DNA of 64,000 bases from positions 2,852,001 through 2,916,000 of the forward strand of contig CP075494.1 of the NCBI GenBank assembly GCA_021613535.1, given 5' to 3'. Position numbers and translations under genes: made by a program. Source of the DNA: Adineta vaga. Lineage: Eukaryota > Animalia > Rotifera. Shown here piece after piece: positions 26,140-38,008 of this stretch (positions are counted from its first letter, which is position 1; each line of letters begins with the position of its first letter). The notes below the pieces were generated by a model. That model did not search any database and had not been told where the DNA came from. It saw only the letters and a program-made list of their open reading frames with translations.

Positions 26140-27020
26140 AATATAATAATATCATTAGAGTCTTTATTCGTTGCTGTCAAATCTGTTTTCCATCATTATT
26201 AAACTCAGTCTCTATCAAACTGTTTGGCTAAATATATGTTACATATACCTTTTCTGTGATGAAAATTATGCATTTGTATTACTAAATACTACTTGAATAT
26301 TAGGATTTCTTTCAAGTAAAATTGCCAAATCCGATGCCTTGTCATTACTAAAATCTCCAAGTTTAAAACTTCGCGGTTTTGAATATGGATCTTTGAAAAC
26401 ATCTTCTAAAAGTAAACTTCAATTTATCATTCTTATTCCTAATAATTAATTTATGAAAGTGATAGATGACTTAATTGTATAATTAAATCAACAATAATAC
26501 CTGATCTCTTCGTTGATTTCGATCCAAAAATGGTACCCACAATAATTCTTGTAATGAATAGAAGTGTCAAGAAACACATTCGTAAAATATATTTTTTCTT
26601 CCGATACCAATAGCGTCTATAAAATTCGAAAATAAATCAATTTTTGGATAAAGACATGCATCTATGGATAAAGATAAAATAATTCTTTTGATTAATTTTG
26701 TTTCAACAATCATTTGTGTTGCAGGTAAAAGAAGAAGTTCATTTTCAGTATTTGAATGTGAATGATTAGATATATTTTGACCATTAATAACTTCAACAGA
26801 GAGTATTGTTCACGTATTAATATGATCAAAACAGAAATTCTTATCAATTTTAGGTGAAATAGTTGTTCATGATGAAAATATCCACCATGTTATGGAGTTT
26901 CCAATTAAAAATTCTTCACTTAAATCTTTTGTTTGATGTTTGATTAGAGCAAACACAAATTCTCTTACTTTATTTATGTGATAGTTTCGATTCCATCGGA
27001 ATCTGATGCAAACATCTATC
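26140..27020 (-). pseudogene. Decayed ADP-ribosyltransferase - TM - FG-GAP/VCBS gene
   Basis: Minus-strand translation gives KDLSEEFLIGNSITWWIFSS*TT...TILSVEVINGQNISNHSHSNTENELLLLPATQMIV (ART, S-x-T and ExE motifs), then RKKKYILRMCFLTLLFITRIIVGTIFG (TM), then PYSKPRSFKLGDFSNDKASDLAI and EFNNDGK (FG-GAP); in-frame stops. Confidence 0.65.
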
Positions 27021-27170
27021 TATAACTTATCATCTCCTGAATAAAGATGAATATTAAAAAGAAAAATTTTGCATAGATGTCGACTATCGGCAGTATTTTG
27101 ATTTGTTGATGATATCTGATAGGTTAAGAAATATTCGATATCCACTTTTATTCTGATAACAAAGACAACA

Positions 27171-29251
27171 ATGAAATTAGAAGATTTACCGAATGAATTG
27201 TTTATTGAAATCTTTTCATATTTGAATGAAATTTATTTCTTTTTATTTTTAAATCGACGTTTTCAACAATTAATATATCAATATTGTTCAATATTAAATT
27301 TAAAATCAATAAGTAAATCACAATTTGATCAATTACTCGATGAAGAAACAATTGAAAAATGTAAATCATTACAATTATCAAATTCTAATGAAACATTTGG
27401 ACAAATTGAATATTGTTTAGAACGTTATCCATTAAATATTTATTTTACTAGACTTCAATGTTTATCTTTACATAAAATGCGAATTATAAATCAATCGATT
27501 CTATATGATTTATCATTATTAACAAATTTAGTTTCATTAAAGCTTGGAATCGTTTGTTCACAAATCATTTCAATAATCGATTTTTCCAATTTAAATAAAT
27601 TGAAACAACTTATTGTTCAATCATGTTTAAATACAACATGGATTCAAGTAAGATTTATAAAGGCTTTGTATCTAAATGATCCGTCATTTTTCTATTTATG
27701 TCAGGAAGAATATTATAAGAACGAGTAACAAAAAATTGATTAGATAAGCAGAGCTTTTTAAACTTTGAAGGTAGATCTTAACGTCTTTTTTCTCTAATTT
27801 TAACGTTTTTTTGCAGCAGATGGTGGTTTGCAATAATTGTATTTGTTTGCCAATCCATTGATATGTTTACACTTGAAGTTTTTGAAAAAAACTGGACAGT
27901 TTCATTGATTACTATTAGTCAATGGGAAAAGCTGATTCTCATAGATTCTTTTGGACTCTAGGATCTGAAAAGAATTCAAAAGGATCGAGATGATCCATCG
28001 TTATCCGAAGATTCACTTTCCCCCCTTGTTATTATTCCATATACCTATGATGTGACAAATTTCTTGAGGGGATGAGCGTGTTGTTATTCTCTTCATCCGC
28101 GAATACTGATTAGATAATCGATGTGAAGCTAGCACCACGAAACAAAGAATTATATAATAATATCTTCTTGATTTTCTTTCTTAAAATAGAATTTTCCTCA
28201 AATTGAAAATGTTGATTATACAATTCTTAATTGTTGTTCTCATTCAATTCAATTCGAATGGCCATTACAATTAAAACATTTGAAACTTGTTATTAAATCT
28301 ACTGAATGTATTGATTTAATTCCTGAATCATTAAAGAATTTAACAAATTTATTAAATCTTAAAATTTATCAAAAAGTAAATGAATCTTCATATCCTAATG
28401 GTCAAATTTGGCAAGATTTAATTTGTTCTTCGTTCAAATTCTTAAAAACATTTGAATATTCTTTTCAATTTCATTTTTATTCGGATGATTCGAATAGAAT
28501 TGAAGAAATGATCAGATCATTTTCATCTGATTTTTATTTAAAAGAAAAGAAATGGTTTAGTCGTTGCGAATTATTCGTTGATCATAGTCAAGCAATTCTC
28601 TATTCTCTTCCAAATTATTATGATCGTTATACAATAACAACAAATTCTTTCGATGAAACAATTTTAATTTATTCAAATCAAATAATTCAACATAGAGAAT
28701 TATCAATAATTGATTTAATATCAAATGATTATTGTCATCTTATTAAACGATTATATTTATCACCAATATTTTCTATTCGAAAGATTTCAATTAATAAGAA
28801 AAATGCTTCGAAAAAATTCGAAATTTTATTAAAAACTTTATCACAATTATATTTCTTGAGTATTCAAATCAATCAATTAGAAATTTTAACAAATAATTGG
28901 ACTAATCAGTCGGTTTGTCTTCCATTATCAAATAAAATTTGTTCATTAAAATTATCTCGAGATGAATATTCATCACAATGGTTTGATGATATTTCACTTC
29001 GAGAAATTCTAAGAATTTTTGCATTCAAATGTCAACATTTATCAATACGTATTCCATCACCTGTTGATACTCTTCTTTCAATTTTGAGAGAAATGAATCA
29101 ATTACGCAGTTTAAAAATACCTATTTCAATGAAAAATGATGAAAGTATAACAATGAAATGGTTAGAACAACAAAATTGTGGATTGAATTATTCCAATTGT
29201 CATTTGATTAATAATCAAAATAATTGTTATTTTTGGTTGGGAAGAGATTGA
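27171..29251 (+). CDS. F-box/LRR-like protein; exons 27171-27647, 28190-29251
   Basis: N-terminal LEDLPNELFIEIFSYL F-box, LRR-like repeats, phase-0 GT-AG intron keeps frame. Confidence 0.85.
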
Positions 29252-29742
29252 TGACGTCAACTATCACACTAGTTGATGCTTTTATTTATATATTTGCAAT
29301 CTAAACTAGTTTTAAAATTAATAAAAACAAAGAATATTTTTTTACGGAGAGCAAAATATTTTAATAATTTTCTATAAATCTTTAGTAAAGTACTATTGAG
29401 TCTTTTTAGAATTCGAAAAGAAGTAGAAATCTAATAAGTCGTTTATCATAAATGAAACAATACTAAAACGGTAGTGTTTCTACTTGGAAGTTAGAAGATG
29501 CGTGTGGTTTGAGCCTCACGAAGGTTTATTTTTTCTCCGTTCTGTGATATTTCATGACGTTGCTTATCTGAATCATCATATTCTTACACAATTATTTCAA
29601 GTGTTCTCTCTTTTCGTAATCTTAGTAGTCAATAAAACGTGATTCGTTTCTATCGATACGTTTCAAAAACATTCTCAACTTCTCGTCTATATATACGTAT
29701 TATTTCACTGAATTCATAGATATTTAAGTATAAGATCAAACG

Positions 29743-30399
29743 ATGTCAAAAATTCAAATTCTTGTGTTACATGGATATTATGATTCTGCAGCAAATCGTC
29801 AACACCAAATGCGTACATTAACCCGTTCGATGAAAGAAGTCGAATTCGTTTTCTTGAATTCGCCATTTCCATTCATCAATTATGGATTCGTACTAGCATC
29901 TGAAATATCGCATACTGATGCTCGTTATCAATGGACATCTTATCGACCAGAATTAGCTGGTCCTGATCATCCGTTAGATACTCTTCAAGAAAGTGTGACA
30001 TACATCGTTGAATACATCAATCAGAATGGTCCTTTTCAAGGTATTTTGGGCTTCTCTCAAGGAGCACTTGTGGCTGCTGCTAGTATGCTCCACATTTCTA
30101 ATTGTCCTTCTTTACCAACTTGTGTAAGATTCGTTATTCTCGTTGGTTGTCCATCTACCAATGATCCAACGATGAAAGCGGCTCTTGATTCGTTTGAAAA
30201 AGAACATGCCATTCCAACTTTGCATGTTACTGGTGCCAATGATACATTAATTCCATCATCGATGAGTCAAATCATGTTCGGCTATTTTCATCCTTCCCGA
30301 GCTGAATTTTATATACATAAAGGTGGTCATTATTGTCCAAGCGATAGTGATTTTCGAGTGAAACTTCGTGACTTTATTCAGCGTGCACTAATAATGTAA
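29743..30399 (+). CDS. FSH1/OVCA2-family serine hydrolase
   Basis: ILVLHGY, GPFQGILGFSQGA nucleophile elbow, PTLHVTGANDTLI, HKGGHYCP catalytic His; intronless. Confidence 0.92.
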   Translation: MSKIQILVLHGYYDSAANRQHQMRTLTRSMKEVEFVFLNSPFPFINYGFVLASEISHTDARYQWTSYRPELAGPDHPLDTLQESVTYIVEYINQNGPFQGILGFSQGALVAAASMLHISNCPSLPTCVRFVILVGCPSTNDPTMKAALDSFEKEHAIPTLHVTGANDTLIPSSMSQIMFGYFHPSRAEFYIHKGGHYCPSDSDFRVKLRDFIQRALIM

Positions 30400-30650
30400 C
30401 GATGAATATATATTTGTGAATAATCGAAATAAACACTGTTCTCTCGTCGACCGTTAGTAATGAGAGTTTCAAACAAAATGCTTTAAATCGATCATTAGTG
30501 CTAAATTTAAAACTTGAATTCAATTGAAATGACAAAACGCTGGATTATATGATAAATGAATAACAACATTTTTACAATACAATATTGAACGACTACTCGA
30601 AAAATGAATAGAAACTTTTATGTTCAATCTATGAATAAAGATACAAAGAT

Positions 30651-31612
30651 TTATTTACATATAAGAGTACTCTTCATTTCCCGTTGAAAAGTTTTGATAC
30701 GAATAGATTCGTATAACATCCAATGCAAAATGGAATAGATGTGATAGAAAGACCAATAATAAAAACAAATCCCTCTATCCGAGTTTCTAAATAAGTCTTG
30801 GACTGATTTTGAGTAATTTGTTGATATACAGCAATGATAGATTGAATTATATTGAATATAATATAGATAGTGATGTCAGTAAGCAGCATTCTAATAAGTT
30901 GCTGATCTTTTGAATGACCTGAACGTGAACCATTGTTCTGTGCTATTCCATTGACTGTTACAGGAATCGGAGCAACTCGACCTATAGTTCGAACATTTTT
31001 CACTGTCCATAAACCAAAAGTGATCATAAGAGAAGGAATAAGAACTCCTTTGACAATGAGTGGATAATAACTCATCACAGCTAAATATAAAGTAGGTTGG
31101 AATAAGCAAGCATTGAAACCCGGTGCCAACATTCTAAGATTCATAAAAATTAATGAATGAATATGAACTGCTGACCAGAATACAGTTACAATAATGATAG
31201 AGATGCAAGCAAGACGAATAGTACTTTTTTGTCTTGTTGAAGCATGATGTGATGTAAGTAATATTCGATCAATAGAAGCTAAGATTAGATAAGATGGGGG
31301 TAATATTTCGAAAAGAAACATTGTATAAAAACGAAGACGAAATAAGATTAGATGGTATGTAGTTAGATCGATTGAATAACCATTTGCTAATGTTGCATAT
31401 AAGGTTGATGTATAGATTAAGAAGATGCTGCTAACATTCGTTGCTATTAGATAAATTGAACATCGATTTTTTCGTAATATTTTTCTACTAAAAACACATA
31501 AATTGAGTATACAACTGATAGTTCCTATAAAGATCAAAATAGGTCCACCAAATTTATTTAAACCTTTTGAAATTGATGATAACAATGTGTTCAAATCATA
31601 ATCTGAAGACAT
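30651..31612 (-). CDS. Rhodopsin-like GPCR, intronless
   Basis: LRKNRCSIY, LASIDR, SKDQQLIRML. One missing A at ~30693 would restore the family ending SKTFQREMKSTLICK*. Confidence 0.88.
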
Positions 31613-32639
31613 TAATGTTTATTTATCTATTAAAAAAAAACGAGCAATATCATTCATTTGTTACAATGCTCTATAAAGTTGCTTGCTGAATAATTTTAAT
31701 CAACTGACATTTTATTCGCCTGTATATATGTGCATGATGTATCAAGGTAATTAGTGAACGAAATTCAATATTTTTATGGCTTAAAGTTGAATAACTATAA
31801 ATATAAAAAAGCGGATATATCGTTTGATCGACTTTCAGCTAAGTAATTGTTTCTCAAGGTCGATGAACAGTTATTTAGAATTCAACTACATTTTTTTAAT
31901 ATCTCTGTGACAATTTAGATATTTACGCATCTTCTGTTCTTCCTCTCATATGCATTTAAACATTTGTCCTCATCTCAAACATTCCTCATGCATATTTTCT
32001 TCTGGTGCTTAGCATTGATTTTTTCATTGTCAAAATGATAACTATAGTTTTTATACATCATCTGTATGAGTTGTTTTTTTTGTAGTATAATATTGTGTCC
32101 TTCTAGTACTATAAGAGGACGAACAAAATGTCATGAGTGAAATTTCTTTGGATGGTATAAAAGAATACAGACACGTACTTCTCAAACGTTCATACTCTAA
32201 CTTAGAAATCATCACGATCACGTGTAGTTTACTTGAAAACGTGAAATAGATGGTTCAACTTGACTTAAATTTGAGAAGAATGTATAAGGGTATAAGCATG
32301 GGTGAGAGTGCACATGAGAGTTAAACGAACATCTATATGTTTACTCATACCTTATTATTCTACATATATCACTTTAGCAAAAGATTTGCTATGACAATAA
32401 TAATAATCATAATACTTGTCGTTCAGATGACAGATTAAAAGCTATTCCAGATATGGTCGTTGCAAATGCTTGACAATCTATTTTATTATTAATTATGATA
32501 AATGCTGAATATTCACAATTTTCAAATGGTTTTTTAATTTATGTGTATCAAAATATAATAGTTTTTTTAAAATAAGATATCTTGAATATACTTTACAGTC
32601 GTAATTCATTCAAAATAAGTGAATGAATAATTTGATTGA

Positions 32640-32960
32640 CACAATAACTACAAGATCCGCTCGGTTATCGTTATTAAAGTCATAGGTTATCATAGTGTCT
32701 GGTGATCTACCAACAGTATCATTCATAAAATTCTAAAACGTTCGATTCCGTTTGCCAAGAATTACCCTAACTTCATACTGATGAAGTACCACCAATCTAC
32801 TATACTATCACCATTAAAATCATCTGCTACTAGAGAACGTGGATACAAACCAACTTTAGTATTCAACAGAGGTTGAAAAGTTCCATCGATCATATAGTGT
32901 TCAGTAACACGCTCATCGTATTCTCGTACTAAATAGATGTTATCATATCTGCCATACTGT
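32640..32960 (-). pseudogene. FG-GAP/VCBS repeat gene remnant
   Basis: DGTFQPLLNTKVGLYPRSLVADDFNGDSIVD and VGRSPDTMITYDFNNDNRADLVVIV on the minus strand, with disruptions. Confidence 0.6.
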
Positions 32961-33300
32961 CATCGATTTGTTAAATAATTAAGCGAGAAATTAATAGAAG
33001 TTCTTTTTTAAAAGTACATTTCTTTATCACGTCCTTAAATTGATCAAATAAATTCAATTGGATGAATCGGAATTTGTTATTTCTGTCAATATAATTCTAT
33101 ATAGACATTCAATGTACTTTTTATTTTTTTAGACTTATTCCTCGATAAAAATGTTGAAATCAATCCTGACCTTGTCCTTTCTCGTTATGCGTTTAAACTA
33201 AAGAAAAAGTACATTCATTTTCTGAGTTATTCATTCGATCTCATATATAAATAAACGACATTAAAGGAAGAAAAAGAATTTACTTTGAATAATATTTGGA

Positions 33301-33564
33301 ATGTCTAATTTTATCAAAGATATTGAAGGTTCATTTGTTGATAATACAATTGATCGTGTTGTTGATGAATTTATTCCCGATAAAAATGGTAAATCTTTTC
33401 AAAATAAATAAACATTCCTAATTGAAATTTCTTTAGGTGAAATTGGTCGTATGGCTGAAACTGGTATTAATCAATTTATTAATAATGAGATCAATTCAAA
33501 ATTAACACCAGGTGCATTTGATGGTAATGCAGGACAAAATCAAGGAGAAAAGAAATTTTGGTAA
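33301..33564 (+). CDS. Small 71-aa protein missing from the ORF track; intron 33389-33436
   Basis: ATG at 33301, 48-nt GT-AG intron, in-frame to TAA: MSNFIKDIEGSFVDNTIDRVVDEFIPDKNGEIGRMAETGINQFINNEINSKLTPGAFDGNAGQNQGEKKFW. TATATAAA about 55 nt upstream. Confidence 0.7.
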
Positions 33565-33742
33565 AGGAAGAAAAAAAGGACTTTTTTCGAAAACAATTCT
33601 TTGATTTTCTTATTCAATATAATAATTTTGAAATAAACTTCAAATATTCTAATTTCATATATTCATAAAAAGATCAATTTAGATGTATTAGTTTTATTTT
33701 TACTAAATTCTCTTCCTTTCAAAACTTTATTAAAATATTCAA

Positions 33743-34315
33743 ATGTCTTTTTTCAACAATTTATTTCGTCATCATGAATCACAAAATGTTCATGCACAAG
33801 TTTATGCCAACCAAGGAGAACATCAATCATCTTTTACACATGAAATCATAGCTGGTGCAGCTGGTTTTGCGGGTATTTTATCTTTTCAATGATATTTGAA
33901 AAGAATTTCCTATATTTTAGCATTGAAAGCATATGAAGATCATGTCCGTCGTTCAGGTGAACAAGTCAATCATCCAAGGATGAAAGAAATTTTAGCGGAA
34001 TTTGCAGCTGCTGAAGTTGATAAATTATTTGAAACAAAAGGTCTTGATTATTTAGATAGAGAAAAAGCGAAAAACATGGCTATTGAACAAGCTCATCATT
34101 TAGCACATGAAAAATATGATCCAGGACAAGTTTATCAAAGTGACAATTTTAATGGATATCAACAAAATCAATCCAATAGTTTTAATTACGGAGAAAATAA
34201 TTATTCGGATCAAGAACAACAACAATGGAATTATGAGAATGATCAACCGATATCTAAACATCATCATTATCACGTGAAAATTATGATTAATAAAAACAGT
34301 CGTTCATATTCATAA
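33743..34315 (+). CDS. CipC-like (DUF3759) protein; intron 33873-33920
   Basis: HQSSFTHEIIAGAAGFAALKAYEDHVRRSGEQVNHPRMKEILAEFAAAEVDKLFETKGLDYLDREKAK is the fungal CipC signature; Q/N-rich tail. Confidence 0.88.
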
Positions 34316-34944
34316 TCATCATCACTTGATTCTGTCAAGATCTTCAAATAATAATAAAATACTCGAGAAATTATATTTTCGATAGTCATATAATGGTTTA
34401 ATATCATTTTGTGGAATTCATGTATATTTTTCGAAGAAAAAGAAGTGAGTGTAAGTGTTAAGTCGAGATATTTTAGGAGTTTTTCTCGCGTCCTCCATTA
34501 TCACCACAAACCTATAATAGACAAAACTCCATTTTAAGAATAATCTAGTTTGAAGCAAAACCTCAGAATACACATGCTATTATTTTAAATATTTCTTTTA
34601 ACGAATATTCTGAAGTATTAGTACATATTACCAATAAAATAAATCAGTACATTAAAGAAGTAATATTTGTTAAAAATTTTGTTTAGAAAAGATGCATTGT
34701 TATTTTCGGAAACTCGCTTATATTTTCAGGAAATGAAACGATATTAACAAATCATACTCGAAAGTTGCGCCTTTTTTTCTAAATTTGATTTTTCATCGTT
34801 TATTGTGTCTAGGAAAGTATTCAAGCAAAAGGAAGAAGAGAAGTACGGAAGAAAAATGATGACTTATTAAGAATACAATGAGAACTTATAGTTATAACGG
34901 AAAGTTAATATTTATAGTTGTTATTGATCAGAAAAATAGAAAGT

Positions 34945-35865
34945 TTATATTGGAATGACTCTTGATGATCGATCTACAATCTTAGGTTGAGATGATAATT
35001 TGACGGGTAAAATCGATCGATTTTGATTCGTTAAAAACTTTACATTATTCTTCTTTTTTTCTGCTTTGGATAAAAGACAAAACAGAACTAATCCAAAGAT
35101 TCCTAATGTTATGCCCAATGAAAGTATTGCATAAGTTAATGGAGCAAATGACCATTTGAAAATCAATAAGATAATAATAAGACCACTACAACTTGAAATA
35201 TAAAGGATAGATAGTACGACGGTTTTTTTACTTTTACCAAGATAAACAATAACAGCTAACATTGTTGTAAAGAAACCAACAAGAGCAATGGCAATACCTA
35301 ATTGATCCAAAATACTTTTTGTTGATTGAAAACGAATGATCCATGCATAACACCATGCTGTAACATCGGATATATTATTAGGAAATTGAGCTCTTTCCAT
35401 ATGTTGACAAAGAAATGTTGCATTATGCGTTATAGGAACAAAGTTATTGCCTGCGAAAACGAAACAATCCATTGGATATTCAGGACAATTATCACCTGGT
35501 ATAAGTCTAACATCCGTTAAGAAACAACCTTGAAACATGAGTACGGCTGTTATGGATAATGTCATTCCTCCGAGTAAACAACAAAATATGCCAATGTAAA
35601 AGATCGATCGTTGTTTAATATGAAATAAGATTTGATTAGATTGAAATTCGTGTTTATTCGTTTCCAAAGAAAGATTTTTCATATCTTGATCATTATAAGT
35701 ATCATGTGCTTTCGCAGGATTAATTCCAATAACTCTTTCAATAACAAATTCTTGACCTTTTTTTGAACTAAAATATGTAGCAAAAACACCAATAATAGTC
35801 ATAAGGACAAGACCAAATGTAATACCATAATTCGCTATTGTATAACTGATATATGTCCATTCCAT
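34945..35865 (-). CDS. Multi-pass membrane protein of unknown function
   Basis: 306-aa intronless ORF with about 5 TM segments and a Cys-containing loop. Confidence 0.7.
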   Translation of the reverse strand: MEWTYISYTIANYGITFGLVLMTIIGVFATYFSSKKGQEFVIERVIGINPAKAHDTYNDQDMKNLSLETNKHEFQSNQILFHIKQRSIFYIGIFCCLLGGMTLSITAVLMFQGCFLTDVRLIPGDNCPEYPMDCFVFAGNNFVPITHNATFLCQHMERAQFPNNISDVTAWCYAWIIRFQSTKSILDQLGIAIALVGFFTTMLAVIVYLGKSKKTVVLSILYISSCSGLIIILLIFKWSFAPLTYAILSLGITLGIFGLVLFCLLSKAEKKKNNVKFLTNQNRSILPVKLSSQPKIVDRSSRVIPI

Positions 35866-36365
35866 TTCGATAACTTAAAAATGTCGTTTCACAATAAAAT
35901 ATGCTTTCATGATTTTAATTTACAGCACAATATATTTCTCTTAATTACAATTTGCTTTTCTTTTTAAAAAGGAAAATTTTAAAAAAATTGCGATGAAACG
36001 GAAAAACAATAATTATGTATGATGACTTCTCATATTTAGAACTTTTTCACTCTCACCTCTTCAAATTTACTCTTTTATTAAAAAAACAACTTTTGTAACG
36101 AGAAAAATCACACATGAATATTGCATTTAATATTTAAATAAAATAAAATACAAAAGAAAAAACGGTGCGCTTTGCATATGTTATCATCTTTATCTTTATT
36201 TAAAGCTGGTGGATATAACTAAACCTCATCTATTAAATCTATATTTCAAGTAAAAGATGAATCACTTTGCGTCTAACAGTATTTGTTTGATATATAATAC
36301 ACTAGAAGAATTACATTATGGTTGCGCAATACTTGCCACGTATGCAAAGGAAAAGCATATAACAT

Positions 36366-37233
36366 ATGTCTTTCTCACATGTGATTGTAAATACGATTTC
36401 TTCATTATTATATTCTCTAAATCAACAATTATTGTCGAAGGAAATGAGTTTATCAGCGAAAAAGCAAGTAACAGCCACTAATGTAGTAAATAAACTACCA
36501 TCGGTACTTATACTTGGACCCTTCGGAGCTGGTATGTATGTGTACGTAACTTTCATTCGAATGTGAAAAAACTTTATATGTAACTGATAAATTTTAAAAT
36601 GAATTCACTCTTTTTTCAGGTAAAAAAACAATTGTTCATATGATAAAATATGGTGAAATTCCTACCCTGATGCCAACAATTGGTGTCGATTTCGAGAAAC
36701 TATCTATTAATGAGTCTACTCTATTGGTCTGGAGTATAGGCGGTCGTTCAGGATATCGTCCAATATTGACAACATATTACAGAAGAATGTTAGCATTTAT
36801 TTTCGTTGTCGATTCAAATGATCATGGAAGAATCGATGAAGCACGTGAAAAACTTCATGAAATCGTCAATAATGAAGCTTTAGAAGGAAGAACTATTCTT
36901 ATATTTGCTAATAAACAAGATTTACCTAATGCAATGACTACTGATCAACTTCAAGATAAACTTCATTTAAAGAAAATCAATAAGAATATTAAATGGCATT
37001 TACAACCAACATCTGCTATACAAAATCAAGGTCTTCATCAAGGTTTCGAATGGTTAATGAATTCTATTCAAGATAAAAATGAACAAATAAATCCTATTGT
37101 AGAAACATTCAATGATACGATCACCATGAAAAATGATCTTATCTCAATATTTAATATAACTAAATTTACAACTTTCATACAGAAAGTTATTTCTTCGTCA
37201 TTTGATTTTATAGGATATCTTGTTAAACAATGA
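36366..37233 (+). CDS. Divergent ARF-family small GTPase; intron 36532-36619
   Basis: GPFGAGKKT, PTIGVDFE, WSIGG, IFVVDSND, FANKQD, TSA; extra C-terminal tail. Confidence 0.85.
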
Positions 37234-37376
37234 AAAGAGAATAAACATGATTGGATTTTTTTCTATTGAAAAAAGAAAATGATACAATTGACGACATCAT
37301 ATCTAATCGAAAAGTAAAAGGTCATGTATTTAACAAATTGAACTATCGTATCATTCATATCTTTGCTATTCTACTC

Positions 37377-37450
37377 ATTCTTGACGGTGGGTGTGGGTGT
37401 GAGTAAAAGTCCAGAGAATATACTCTCACATACACTCACACCCTCAATAT
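37377..37450. repeat. Telomere-like inverted element
   Basis: ATTCTTGACGGTGGGTGTGGGTGTGAGT...ACTCTCACATACACTCACACCCTCAATAT. Confidence 0.8.
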
Positions 37451-38008
37451 AAAATTGAGATATTTATTATAATTTTGAATATTTTTCACATTCAAATCAA
37501 ATTAATGATTGAAAATTTTCTGCATCTTTTATTTCTTTGAATAAATATTTTCTTTAGAGTTTTTCATTGTCAAAAAACAAAAGTGAGTCTTGAAGTGAAA
37601 TATCCAACACAAGACAACTAATAATATCCCAAGTCAGCTATCTTAATATTCAAAATCAACAGAAACTTTTTCATGTCAAAAAAATTTTATAAAAATAATA
37701 TTTCTTATTCAATGAATAGATGATTGATGTACTTAACTAAATAAATCTTTTAATTTATGAATATTTCTTTTGATTTTTAATATTAATTATAATTATTAAA
37801 AGCGATATAAAAATCAGTAATTAAAATAAAACGAAATCTTATTTATCAATTGTTAAAATCATTCAAAAAAAACTGTACATATTTTCACACTTCATCGGTT
37901 AGCATATTTTGATTTTACAACAGATATGCTATATAATAATAATAATTAGCAAGACAAAACTGCGTCATTTATCATGTAGCAGGTGTTATATGGTGTTTAG
38001 TTTCAAGA

